Shown here piece by piece: positions 13,020 to 25,555 of a stretch of DNA of 64,000 bases. Both the position numbers and the translations under genes were made by a program. Under the pieces are notes generated by a model. The model did not search any database. It was given only the letters and a program-made list of their open reading frames with translations, and had not been told where the DNA came from. Position 1 is the first letter of the stretch. Every line of letters begins with the position of its first letter. Source of the stretch: Carcharhinus longimanus (Eukaryota); assembly GCA_030264375.1 (NCBI GenBank), contig JASCQW010000072.1:44810586-44874585 (forward strand), written 5' to 3'.

Positions 13020-13530
13020 GTCTGAGTTATTTCAGGGAGGGGGGTGGTGTGGGTGGGTGGGTCTTTCCGGGGGGGGGGGCGGGGTCAGCAATCAAGGCAC
13101 TGGGGGAGGNNNNNNNNNNNNNNNNNNNNNNNNNNNNNNNNNNNNNNNNNNNNNNNNNNNNNNNNNNNNNNNNNNNNNNNNNNNNNNNNNNNNNNNNNNN
13201 NNNNNNNNNCGGGGGGCGGGGCGGGGCGCATGGTCAATGATGTGGGGTCATGGGGCGGGTCAGTGATTGGGAGGCCGGCAATGTGGGGCTACTGCACATG
13301 CATTGACCTCTGTGCATGTGCAGTGGCCTGCTCTACTGCCAGCCTCTCAGGTGGGAATAGGCCCCACCCACTGATTGTTAATGCAATTTATGTTCATGTT
13401 CTCTGCAGTATACAGAGCGTGGGAGATTCATTTTGAAGCTCCCGCTGAAAAAAACAGTGGGATTTAGTCCAGTTTTGCTATCACTGCTGGCCACATACCT
13501 CCAGACTAATAGAAATTGGGTCACCCCAAA
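13020..13530. mobile_element. GC-rich non-autonomous DNA-transposon-like repeat spanning a gap
   Basis: G-rich composition unlike the flanks. Similar in style to 42787-43844 and 56870-57260. Confidence 0.4.
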
Positions 13531-14100
13531 ACCGAGGGGTTGGGAAATATGCCGGTGCTTACAAAAGGGGAAGCAAATCAAAAACAGCTTTGTGTGTACA
13601 GATAGGTAATGAGGGGAAAATCAGAGTTTTTCAAACTAACCTCTCCCCTGCCTGTCCATAACAATTGCCATGCATATGTAGTTGTGCAAAAGTATTTAAA
13701 AGGGCTGCACACTTAAATAAATAGTCTGTGCAATCCCCAAAAAAATTAGACCAATGGCTGGAGTGTACCTAGGCAATACAGGCTGAGGATATCAGTGGGC
13801 TCCACATGATCTGCTAGGCCCATCAATAATAATGGACATAAAATCGCATGGGCCAGCTAATCACCCAGCATGAAACTTTGTCACATCCTCAGAAGATGCA
13901 AATTCTGTGCACTTTGCGTGCCAGTTTGTACAATTTACATTTACGTCTAAAGAATTATCTGTCAAAGTGTTATTCAAGAAATATACAAATGGAATTTTTC
14001 AAAGTAAGGTTAACACATCACTCCTAGAAGAAAAGATATTGCAGTAAAGCTCCAACAATTAAAGCAGCACAACTGAAGAGGAAATACAACAGATACTCAC

Positions 14101-14257
14101 ATTCATTCCTCAAATAATTATTGAGGAGTTGAAAAAGTGGAAAGGTGTCCCAAGAATCTGGGGGCTGTGCTTCAAGGGTTGCATCCATATCAACAGCAAA
14201 GAGTGACCAAAATATTTCTGCATGCTCTGCCATTAGGTCAGGCCACCAGGCAAAGGC
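14101..14257 (-). CDS. CADPS2: CADPS2-like exon: [52 protein letters not shown]
   Basis: CADPS-family motif. WWPDL, FW and LEAQP are CADPS2-type rather than CADPS1-type. Acceptor tcttgtag, donor gtgagt, 157 nt, phase 0 to 1. Confidence 0.96.
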
Positions 14258-16505
14258 CTACAAGACAATAAGCAAATTTCAGCTAAAATGTTAGCCAAGG
14301 CAGACAATTGTTAGCTACAGTCTCCTTGGTGACACTCCCAAATTGCTTGCGTTAAAAGAAATGAGGGGATGTGCAAAACCTTCCTCTACTTAAAAATTTC
14401 TATTGAGAAGTATGTCTGTGTATACACATTCTTCTAAAACCAAATGTAGAATTGTGGTTTTCAGTTGTTCAAAGCCAGCAGCAGCTCCCAGTTTGAAAAA
14501 CTTCAGCTGAATGATGCACCCTCATTGCTTTTGTCACATTTCCTTGACAGGAGCTTGTCTGACTTTGCAAGGAGGCTACTGAATAAAGCATCATGCATAA
14601 TTGTGAGGTATCTAATGCAAACGTGCAGTTAACTTGATTAAAACTTACTTATATGGTGCATTAACAACTGACCTGTGCAGGTTGTTGCTGTCTATGGCTC
14701 GGACAATGGTTTGGTGAGAACATTAAGGCTGTTAAAAAGGCAATAACTTTACTCTCATTCTATTTTCTTTTTTTTACCAATTTATTAGGGACAAGGTTTG
14801 AACACTTGGTGTTTCATCTGTAAAAATTTAGCTTTCCAATTCCATCTACTTCCAGTTCTTCTACCCCACCCTATTGTTATAAATACAAAATATAGGTCTA
14901 GTATATGAATTACTTCCTGTCATGTGCTATGTAATGAATTGTGTGACGACAGGCTGCGAATGTGACAAGTGGTATTGAATTTTCTTTCTTTTGGCTAAGG
15001 AGAGTGACAACAATTTACTGGCGCCTGTTAATTTTCATGTAGTGCAACATCCCAAGGAGAGGATTGGGCATTGATCAGAAGTGAACTGAATATGGGCTTG
15101 GAGAGACATAGCAACACTGAAGGTTTTATGAAGACAATTCCAGAGTGTGGAGCCTCATTGCATCGACACAGATAAAAGTGGCAACGGCAAGAAGACTATT
15201 ACATGAAAGTGGGTACAGACCCGGTGGAGTTGAAGAAATAGGGTGTTCACATATGGCAAGATGGACAGCAACACTATGGTCGTTTTAAGTAACAGGTTTA
15301 TAGCAGTAAGTCACACTATTTGTCTTGCTCATGTCTCAACACCTGAAAACGGGCAATTTGACAAAGTTAATCCAAACCTTTGCATTCTTATTCTCTATCT
15401 TGGTGAGCCACAATTAAGGCACTATTGACCTGTAGACACATTTCTTCCTATGAAACCATCACTAGCGCATTAAAAACAAAATTATCTTTTTTAAAAGCAC
15501 ACATTTTATTTACAATTAGTTATGATTAATCATGTGTAATGATTTAACTGAGCTCAAAGATCTGCTGAACAATATCTGTCCATTCACATCAGAGGGTCTT
15601 TAAACATAGCACCTTAGAAACTAAGACAAAATATTCTATTTTGGTCAGTTTAGGAAAATATCCAGAAGCAGGCAAAGGGTGGAAGACAATGCAAAAGTCA
15701 GTTTTTGTTTTCACCTCAGGGGGGTACAGATGGATTGAAGGAAATGAATCATTTCTGCCATGGTGTATCCTGTTACAAATAGCCCTCTTACAAAATTAAG
15801 GGTACGGCCTTATACATTTATTGTTGAGCTTATTTTCACATGCTGAAATATCTGAGGCATGCAGTGAGCTTTCTGTACTACCTAGCAGTGCACACAAATA
15901 AAGCATGAGGCCAATGAGCTGACAATTGATAGTTTCCCCTCTTTCTAGGATTTACTGCTGCCCATGAATTCCAGCTTTTATTATGGTGACCCCATACACT
16001 ATGGAGATAATGGGGAAGAGGAGGAAGAGAAAGGAATAATGAAGCGCGGAAAACACAGATTTATGTTTGTTGTCAACAGGAATTGCAAGTCAGACTCTTA
16101 CTCGTAAGCATTGTGGCAAGATGGATCTTGTCCATGTAGTAATCCACTAAACAATTTGGACTTGGGTTCCATTTATTAATAAACAAAAGTTAAAATTAAT
16201 CTTTAATCATTCTTCACCAGTGTAGTACTTGCCAAATTCAAATCAAACACCGAAAAGACCAATTAACATCTCAGTTGAAGACCTTTTATAAAATATGCTT
16301 TGTCCAGGATAAAATGCATTTAGGATTTTAGCTGTGGAATCCTCCACCTATATATTGTAGACTCAGAGGAAGGGGAAGGATATTGAAGACTACTTTTACG
16401 CTCAGATATTGCCTTTTTAAAATGATGACAAACATGATGCATGCCTCATCTTTGATAGGAAACGTGAAGAAATGCCCAATGGTAGAATCCCCACTGGCCA
16501 CATAC

Positions 16506-16514
16506 CTCTCTTCC
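16506..16514 (-). CDS. CADPS2: 9-nt CADPS2 microexon GGAAGAGAG (Gly-Arg-Glu)
   Basis: cctaaag|GGAAGAGAG|gtatgt, with an upstream U-rich tract and two TGC motifs. Gives [17 protein letters not shown], matching mammalian CADPS2 as recalled ([17 protein letters not shown]). Confidence 0.85.
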
Positions 16515-17704
16515 CTTTAGGAATCCGCACATGTGCAAGTGTTTGATGGACAAAAAGAAAAGAATCCAAACATTTAAATACAAGTTTACAGCTGTAATTT
16601 GAAAATCACATCAAGTAACCCTGTAAACACAAGGTGACCATCCATTATTCAGTGTTGCATTTGCCTCTTCCTCTCTCTCCACCCAGAGTCCAGCCACTGA
16701 CCCTACTTCATGGAACTTTTATTTTCTGGGCCTTATAAATAGAAGACTTTGTGAAGAAGCACTTCATATTATATTCACAATGCAATTAACCCCAAGCAAA
16801 TTTCCTACAAAATGCACTGTTAAACCAGTTCTATTCCACAGTCAGCATATGTAAAGGAGGTGTTAATGGCCAAGAAATGTAATGGATATTTTCCATTAAT
16901 CCTCCTGATATATGTTGATTTTTTTTGACAGTTTCAATTTAACACAAGATTATTTGCTTCTTCACACTGTTGCATCTTAAACATTTTCCAAATCTAATTA
17001 TTGCATAATCGAATAGCTGAAAAAATAAGCAATTTCATTAATCTAGGTTTGGAAGTCATGGTTCTTTAGTCAAAACTGATATCGATAATTGCAAAAATAA
17101 CATAACAGTAGACATTTCTAATTGAATTCAGATTAATTGCTGAATCACAAGGTAATTTGTCCTGAAAATGAAGAGCAAACAACCACTTAAAAACAGACAA
17201 TTTCACCCAGATTTCACCTGTGTTTAGTCTTCTTAAAGGAAGTGAACAACTTGCTATTTATAATCTGCTGTATATAGGTTTCATATAGTTTAGAAATAAC
17301 TAGCACAGCATGTACCTAATCTAATTCACATTTACGTTTTTCTTATGTTCTCAAATTTCAGCAGCTCATTTTTATAATTTAAATTCAAAGAAAAAGAAAA
17401 CATAAATACAAATCAGACTAACAACAAACCAGGTTAATTACTTCTGGAAAATCAACACTGTCTTGCTTTAGAGCACAAAAAATACGCTCTTCTTATAAGT
17501 CCAAATGAAAGCACATAAACTGCATGGGATATTTTAGATTTTTGTTCTTGATTGCTTTGATTTATGTGATATTCAAACACAGAGTAAGGCAACATGAAGA
17601 CTTCACAAGTTCTAAGGGACTCTCCAGTAAAAGGCATATTCCCTCCTTTTAACAAAATTCATGCCAGGGATAGGTTTCCTGGTAAAAAAGCCTGCATTTT
17701 TGAA

Positions 17705-17802
17705 TAAAAGCAAATCACTGCAGATACTGGAATCTGAAACAAAAACAGAAAATACTGGAAAATCTCAGCAGGTCTGACAGCATCTGTGAAGAGAAGATAG
17801 AG
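17705..17802 (+). mobile_element. Penelope-like terminal-repeat fragment
   Basis: actgcagatactggaatctgaaacaaaaacagaaaatactggaaaatctcagcagg. Reverse-oriented relatives lie at 21425-21475 and 55860-55965. Confidence 0.55.
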
Positions 17803-18165
17803 GCTTTTATGAATGCTTGATTTCATTTTAAGGAGAAGGTGACTAATGATTCACCCATTAATCTGAATTCAATTAGGAATGTCTAACATTATTCTCTCCA
17901 CATCAATTTTCTATGTGAGGCATACATTCAGAAAGAAAGCACCATATATTTCTCATAAACATCCCTAAATGGCTTTACATATGGCAAACTGCTGTCATTG
18001 TTTTGTAGTAGTTTGCACAGCAAACAGCAACAAAATTAATCTGTTTTATTCGTAATGCCCTTAAGNNNNNNNNNNNNNNNNNNNNNNNNNNNNNNNNNNN
18101 NNNNNNNNNNNNNNNNNNNNNNNNNNNNNNNNNNNNNNNNNNNNNNNNNNNNNNNNNNNNNNNNN

Positions 18166-18330
18166 TGGTGCCAATGCCCCATAAATTCAAACCCATTCCT
18201 CCCACACCAATCCCTGAGCCACCCATTCATCTCCTTAATCCTATTTACCCTACGCCCATTTGCATGTGGTTCAGGTAGTAATCCAGAGATAACCACCTTG
18301 TCGGTTCTGCCTTTTTAATTTGATTCCCAG
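18166..18330 (-). mobile_element. CR1-type LINE ORF1 fragment (SGNH esterase-like)
   Basis: Translation KVVISGLLPEPHANGRRVNRIKEMNGWLRDWCGRNGFEFMGHWH is typical of the CR1 ORF1 esterase domain. Confidence 0.75.
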
Positions 18331-18629
18331 CTTTGCATACCCCAGAGTTCCTCCGATAGTGCAAGATTTCTTCTTGTGACACTGGTGTGTCAGCAAATTT
18401 TATGCTCTCAAGTCTGTGCGCTTCTTCCTTCCACCCGTCTAGCTGACAGATAAATGGTTTTCTCTACTCAGGTACTATCCTTTGAAACCTGCCAGCCTCT
18501 CACACAAGCCTTTTGCCCCTAAAATATTTGTCCTATCTCCAAGCTTCCTTTCATCTACAAATAGGCAAACATGTGGTTTCTTTCAATTCTGTACCCACCT
18601 TGCCTGCAATTCTATGTCTGAAACTATCC

Positions 18630-18722
18630 ATGATGCGGAGATGCTGGTGTTGGACTAGGATAAGCACAGTAAGAAATCTCACAATATCAGGACTTCAGCC
18701 TGGTGTTGTGAGGTTTCTTACT
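18630..18722 (+). mobile_element. Short hairpin-forming Penelope-like element, internally deleted
   Basis: agtaagaaatctcacaatatcagg pairs with cctggtgttgtgaggtttcttact. Flanked by a degenerate direct repeat tatg(t)ctgaa.ctatcca. Same head as 27350-27597. Confidence 0.65.
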
Positions 18723-19799
18723 ATGCTGAACCTATCCAATCAGGTTTTCCAACCTTGTGCCCTCCTTCACGCACAAGAACTGCACCCCTTTGGCCTTCCC
18801 TATGTAAATGCCATAGCCTCCACCTCATTTCACACACTTGAAGTCCCGGCTTAAAACCGACTTCTCATCACGATTTCTTTCTCATTCCTTCTAATATCTT
18901 CTTTGGTTTAGCTTTAATTATTTGGTTATTCTCTGTGAAGTGATCTAGAATATTACTTCTCCATTAAAGGCATATCTATGACCAAGTTATTGTTGTGCAG
19001 CTGGAAGCTGCGATCCTCTGACTTAGGGAATCAGGTGAACAAAATTTCTTAAAGTGCAACTCCACAGGATATCTATCAGGTAGCTTGTTTACAACAGAAT
19101 CCTGCCACAGAATGAACAAAAATTAGAATTCCAACACAGACTTTCAATTCTTGAAGCATGAAGGATAAATGCATTTCCAAAGTCAACGAGCTCAAATTTG
19201 ACCCTAAATGGATTAGCAAACAAATTTGAAGTGAGAAAAAGAGGAAGAATGTCAATGCAAATCCTGCAGGTTGAAAGAAGGAGTCCACTGGAATAAATGT
19301 AATGTTAAGAAGAAGATCATAAGGACAGAGACCCCTGGAAGAAAGCATAACAGTTGAGGTTAAGCAGAAGAATAAAACTATTTTAGTGCTATTCAGCAAA
19401 GCAAAAAACACAGCAGAGGTTAAAAGATCCCACGGATTAAAAACTGAGGAAGTTCATAAAATAATTAATATTCTGAATGACCACTTCCTCCAGATAATCA
19501 CAAGAGAGGACATAAGCAGCATGTCCCTTCCTAACAGAAAAAGCGACGTTAAATCAAAAAACATTGATACGAATGATGCAGAGCTCCTGAGTAATCTAAA
19601 AGGGTTCAAATAAATAAACCACAGAGGCAGAAAATAAGTGGCTCAGAATGCTGAAAGAGACTAAGGTCATTTTCTCAACGAATGTGAGAGAATAATTGAN
19701 NNNNNNNNNNNNNNNNNNNNNNNNNNNNNNNNNNNNNNNNNNNNNNNNNNNNNNNNNNNNNNNNNNNNNNNNNNNNNNNNNNNNNNNNNNNNNNNNNNN

Positions 19800-19992
19800 G
19801 CCATCAGACTTTTGAATGGACCTACCTTGCATTAAGTTGACCTTTCTCTGCACCCTAGCTTCGACTGTAACACTACATTCTGCACTCTCTCCTTTCCTTC
19901 TCTATGTACAGTATGCTTTGGCTGTAGAGTGCACAAGAAACAATACTTTTCACTATATGTGACAATAACAAATCGAATCAAATCAAATCAAA
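19800..19992 (+). mobile_element. LINE 3' end with (CAAAT)n tail (Rex1/Babar-like)
   Basis: Highly similar to 41522-41710 and ends in a microsatellite tail. Confidence 0.7.
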
Positions 19993-20829
19993 CTAAAGCT
20001 CTACATTGACCCTGCCCCCAATCTCCCTGGGGAAGAAAGCTGTAAAGATTCACAACCTCTGCAAAAATATTTCTCCTCATCGCCACCTCAAATGCGAGAC
20101 TCCCCTGGTTTTAACCTGCGTCCTCCAGTTCTAGTCTAGTTATATCTTTGGTTCGGAGAATCGAGGCAGCAACAATCTCTTGTTAGATGCTAATCAAAAG
20201 ACTGAGACCTTTCAGCCCAAACTCTATCACCTTGCCTGTCCCAGAATCAATGAGGGTGAGGTTCCCAGGACGGAATTCTCAGTTGGCCTCGGTGGCAGGG
20301 GGGGGAGGGAGGGGGGAATTTTACAATCCTGCCCGAGCAAGGCCATAAAATCCCGCCCCGCTTGTAAATTCCATCTTTTCGCTCACTTTACTCTAATGAA
20401 CACTACTCATTTGTAGTAGATTTGAGGAACAGTGGTTCAGCCCTTCTAGTTTTTTTGCTGCTACCCCATCGTGGATCTCAATCCAGATGGTGAAGTATGA
20501 AACTTGATACAAATCCATTTCTGGATGGTTGGTTTATTTACAGGATGCAGCATTCCATACACCTACTTCCTCATTGCTAACACTCCGATCATAACTTCTC
20601 TTCATAATATTTTTCTCACATAACCTATTTATGACACTCTGCACGTTCTTTGTATCCTCCTCACAACTTGCCTTCCTACCTATTTTGGCATGATCAAAAA
20701 CAACACTTACAATACGGTCAGTCCCTTCATACAAGTCGTTACTATGGATCTTCAATCGTTGAGGCTGGCACAGATCCCTGTGGTGTTAATTTGATCCCCA
20801 GCAACTAGTCAGTAATACTTAGAGTCAAA

Positions 20830-20956
20830 GGGTGGGATTTTCCAGTCACGCTCGCTCCAAGGGTGGAAAATCCTGCCCCAGGTCAGCCAACCTTTGTATG
20901 GTCCATGGCCCATCCGCCACAATTCCTGTGGTGAGCGGGATGGGAAAATTCTGCCC
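20830..20956. mobile_element. MITE, PIF/Harbinger-like
   Basis: Imperfect TIRs gggtgggattttcc / ggaaaattctgccc with AAA on both sides. Related copies near 51512-51650 and 63435-63562. Confidence 0.6.
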
Positions 20957-21989
20957 AAATGCCAGAATTTTACAGTCTCGCTCATCGAAGCTAGTAAGAT
21001 CCCACCCAAGGCCATCGGGGAATGTCGTTCTGCGAGCCACATCCGCCCTGATTCCGGGGCGGGTGTGGCAGTAACATTCCAGCCGTAGAGTTATAGAGCA
21101 ATGCAGCTCAGAAACAGGACCTTTGTTCCAACAAGTCCATGCTGACCAGCTAGTCCCAATTGCTCACGTTTGGCCCATATCCCTCTAATCCTTTCCCATC
21201 CATGTACTTATCCAAATGCTTTTTAAATGTTGCTATTGTACCTGCCTCAACCACTTTCTCTGGCAGCTCGTTCCGTATACTTCTTTGAGAAAATAACCTT
21301 GTGGCTGAACTGTGAAAAGCTCCTTAATACAAGCTTTGAAAAGGTCCCTCAAGAAAATCTTTAGTCAAGTTCAAATCTGTGGGGTGTCTGAAGAATAGTC
21401 AGATTTGATTCAAAATACTAACTCCATAGATGCTACTAGACCTGCTGAGTATTTCAAGCACTTTCTGTTTTTATTTTAAATCTGTGGGGATTTGGGTAAA
21501 CCCTGGGGATAAACAGGAAACTGGCTGAAATGTTGAGTGAAATGAAGACTTCTCACAGTTGTTATTTAGGTGTTGGCAGGTTATTGGATGTCTGCTATTT
21601 CCATAAATCAACTGGATTCAGAACCTCTGTGAAAAATGGTCAAATTTATTGATTATATCAAACAATTCTGGGCGGTGGGGAATGGAGAGTGGGCAAGCGG
21701 CCTTGGGCACAGGTATATCATCACCGGCTGGATCTAGCCCCAGAGGTTTCATCACATGGACAATCAATTTGGGCTTGTTAGAGTGTAAAATGATAGTGGG
21801 GCTGTCAAGGTTGGTGGTGATGTGTTCCTTGCTAACACTTCAGATTGTGAGGATAACTCCCACCATCCTAAAAATTCAGGCCTGGGTCTGCCTTCTGCAA
21901 TCCTGCCATTTGATCAAGTAGCCTTTATTGTCCCATCTCCAGTATTCTATAACAGGCGAAAGTGTCCAAAAGAATGAAATTGTTCCTAT

Positions 21990-22820
21990 GATTTTCTACC
22001 AAAATGCTTTCAGGAGCACCCGGAGATTTTTTGAGATGTTAAGTGAGGGACTGTAGACGTAGGATGGGACTGTGTGACGATGGGTAATTCAGAGGAAGCA
22101 GTTCTGAAATTTGTCAGTGTGTTGGACAAAATAGGTACATAGACAGAGTAAAGGCAGATGAAGTTTAATCCAGATAAATGCAAAGTACACAGGGGTAGTA
22201 AAATAAACAGCACACTTACTCCCTGAGTAACATTAAAATAACTCAGGGTAAAATGGAAAGAAACTTCAAATGTGCACATGTTCAACTAACGGAAAGCAAT
22301 AACCAACAAAAATAACTAAGTGAACAGAAATTTTAAATATTAATTAAGAAGTTATAATTAAACTGTGCAATGTTCTGCTTTGACAAAACTGTAAAAACTA
22401 TATGCTGTTCTCTTGCCAAAATTGAAGGCAGATTTTGAAACACTGAAGACAGTGCAGGTAAAAGCATATTATCAAATCCTGGTGTCAGCAGCCTGACTTA
22501 ACAGGAAAGGTATGAGAATATTGGCATTTTGGAGCGAGGGCGAGAAAGGTTTCAGAGTAATGACGTTAAAATGCTAGTAAAAGATATGGAAAAGCTAAAT
22601 GTGGAATATTACATTAAGCTGTGAAAAGTAGACAAGAGCTTTGGGACTGATGTTATGAGGCTATTCTTCACACAGAGAATTATCAACACTTGGAATAGAT
22701 TTCTTTGTGAAGAGATGGAACAAACCCTGGAATCAGTTATCAAAAAACAATGGGCTGGTGGGGAGAGACTCAAGTGTGTTTCTGAATAGATTAATGAATA
22801 TGGGTTGACTGGCCTTCATC
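21990..22820 (+). mobile_element. Old CR1 LINE ORF2 3' fragment
   Basis: ggcagatgaagtttaatccagataaatgcaaagta (QMKFNPDKCKV) and downstream ttcttcacacagagaattatcaacacttggaatag. Heavily decayed. Confidence 0.6.
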
Positions 22821-24398
22821 TGTAATTATCTGTGCTCAAGATTGATTTTTTGATAGTACTAGTGTAAGAAAAAGATTATACCAAGCACAGCACTAGGGTA
22901 ATTTCTGAATGCTCTGAATATGATATAATGAATGAAACCCAGAACTGTGTGGGGGACAATGGGGGTGAATTGAGAAAGAATATTCTATGATTGCACTGGT
23001 TGACTTGAGTCTTTAACTTGAGCAGGTGAGGGCCCAACTCTGTCAGACATGTTGTTCAAGTAATTTTTTATTCATTCATGGGATGTAGGCGTTGCTGGTT
23101 GGACCAGCATTTCAGAGACCATTTAACAGTCAACATTGCTTTGGATCTGGAATCACATGTAGGTCAGATCAGGTTAAGGTGGCAGATTTCCTTCACTAAA
23201 GGGCATCAGTAAACCACAATAATCAATTAATAGCTGTACTTGCAGAATTACATGTTGTCATCAAACAAAACCTGGTTTTGGATTAGCCTCACATTATTTC
23301 ACCCTCATTCTTGTTTTCCAAGAACCAAATCACCAGAAAGGCCATGAAACATATTATTCATTTTATTTCACTGGCTTGAGGGTAGACTATTGGCTTTAAT
23401 AATGGTGACAGCACTCGGATATTTCAACATTAAATCATTGATGTATTAGCTACCTAAATGGCAATTAAAAATAGTTCAATATTCACAACCCTTAATCCTG
23501 CTCATTGTTTTTTCAACCTGTTGTAAGGATAGGAAAACACAGATCTAAAGGAAACAATATAATTTGCCACAAAGTTCAGCAGTACAAAGCTCTATTTTAA
23601 CACTGTGATATAAAAGGCATTTGGATTTTCAAAGATAACAATTGAACTCATTCAAAATGGTTAAACCCATCATAAATATTAGATTGTTACATATCTTAAA
23701 TTGTTTGTTTCTTAAAATTTGATGGCAACTAGGCAATAAAATATTTGCTTCATTGTGACAATAATTGGATGGCTATTTTGAGGAAAAATCAGTTGAAGCC
23801 CAGCCTCTTTAACATGAAGATACACTAACCATCATAGCAGCAAAGGAGATGTATGGTTAGGGTTTGTGTTTTTTAGCCTATTTTTGCTTAACGATTGCAC
23901 ATGGATATAGCCATAATTCTGCGCACCACAAGTAATAAAACAACATGCAAGAGAAAACCAACAGCAGAAACATGTTACTGTGAAGGAAGCACATAGCCCG
24001 AGTCAGCCATTTCAAGAGTGATGAAAAGATTCAAATCAAACTCAGAAACCATGAGATGAGTGCCATTCTTACTCTGAATCGATTAACCTGTTCCTCAGGA
24101 GAATTTAGTTTTTCAACGTGCCACATGAGCATATCACCAGCATTGTGGACAGGGTTGTACATAGAACCCAGCCAATTTTAATTTTCTTCAAATTTTAAGG
24201 AAACCAAAAGAAATTAAATCACATGGGTAGTTCATTACACGGTTTTGCACAAGCGGAAAACTGACAATCTAGTCCAAGGTATTGAGATACTATTTCTGAA
24301 AGAGAAATTGTTTGATGTATTAGCAAGATTTAGATGACAAATGACTAGTGTTCTCGTCAATGCTCACACTTGTTTCATTGAGGCCATAATAAACCCAC

Positions 24399-24502
24399 CT
24401 CTGAATGATGTTCCTCATTTTGCTGAAGTACCTCAATGCACAGTTCTGCCAGTCGAATCACATCTTCCAATCGTTTGGCAGGAGGTCTTTGACTGAAGGT
24501 CT
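24399..24502 (-). CDS. CADPS2: CADPS2-like exon: (E)[34 protein letters not shown]
   Basis: CADPS motif [16 protein letters not shown]. Acceptor acaatag, donor gtgggt, 104 nt, phase 1 to 0. Confidence 0.95.
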
Positions 24503-24709
24503 CTATTGTCAACAAATGAAAAGAACTTAAATATCAATGTTCATAAATATCAAGTGTAAAGTGTTACATTTAAGAGCGAACAAAGCTTTAACAAAATACT
24601 GCACAAGCAACAGCAACGTACTAACTTATCTGAATTTGCCTGAACACATAAAGACTATTATTAACGTAACATCACTTGCTTATTTGGATACGCCAGAGAA
24701 TTGAACAAC

Positions 24710-25555
24710 ATTCCTACTTAACCTCCAAGACTGAAAATGCACTGCAGCAATTCACCAAGTCTCCTTCAATAGTAACTTCCAAACCTGCCTGGAAGGACAA
24801 GGGCAGTAGGTGCATGGGTACATCATTACCTACAAGTTCCCCTCCAAGGCACATACCATTCTAGCCTGGAACTATATCACTGATCCTTAACTAAAGTTGA
24901 GCCATAAATCTGGAACTCTTCTTAACAGCACTGTAGGTGGACCTACACCGGGTGAACTGCAACAAGAAATTGTGATGAGGATGGATAGATAGGGAGAAAC
25001 TGTTCCCATTTGTAAAAAGATCGAGGATAAGTGGGCAAAGATTTACAGTGATTTGTAAAAGAAGTAAACTTGATGTCTGCAAAAACGTTTTTTTACACAG
25101 TGAATTGTGTGTGTCTGGAATGCATTGCCTGGAAGTGTGGTGGGGGCAGATTCAATCAGGGCATTTAAGAGAGCATTAGATAATTATTTAAATAGAAATA
25201 ATGCGCAAGGGTACAGAGAAAGGGCAGGAGAATNNNNNNNNNNNNNNNNNNNNNNNNNNNNNNNNNNNNNNNNNNNNNNNNNNNNNNNNNNNNNNNNNNN
25301 NNNNNNNNNNNNNNNNNNNNNNNNNNNNNNNNNTAAATAGAAATAATGCGCAAGGGTACAGAGAAAGGGCAGGAGAATGGCACTAAGCCATGATGCTCAC
25401 TTGGTGAACCACTGCAGACATGATGGGCCAAATGGTCTCCTTCTGTGCCATAACAATTCTGATTCTGAAAGTAGTATGTCAACAATGTCCCAAGCAATGG
25501 GTAACAAATGCTGGCCTTGAAAGTGACATTCACCAACCGTGAAAGAAAAAAACAA
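24710..25555 (+). mobile_element. LINE 3' fragment carrying a nested CR1 3' end (about 24962-25467)
   Basis: The outer part resembles 62420-62720. The inner part encodes CVWNALPGSVVGADSIRAFKRALDNYL (CR1 ORF2 C-terminus) and has a CR1-like tail. Confidence 0.7.

Noticed and set aside
14024-14100. C-terminal tail of ORF 14024-14233
   Set aside because: Read-through past the gtgagt donor into intron.
25188-25378. Exact repeat of about 45 bp flanking a gap
   Set aside because: Assembly overlap artefact rather than a tandem duplication.
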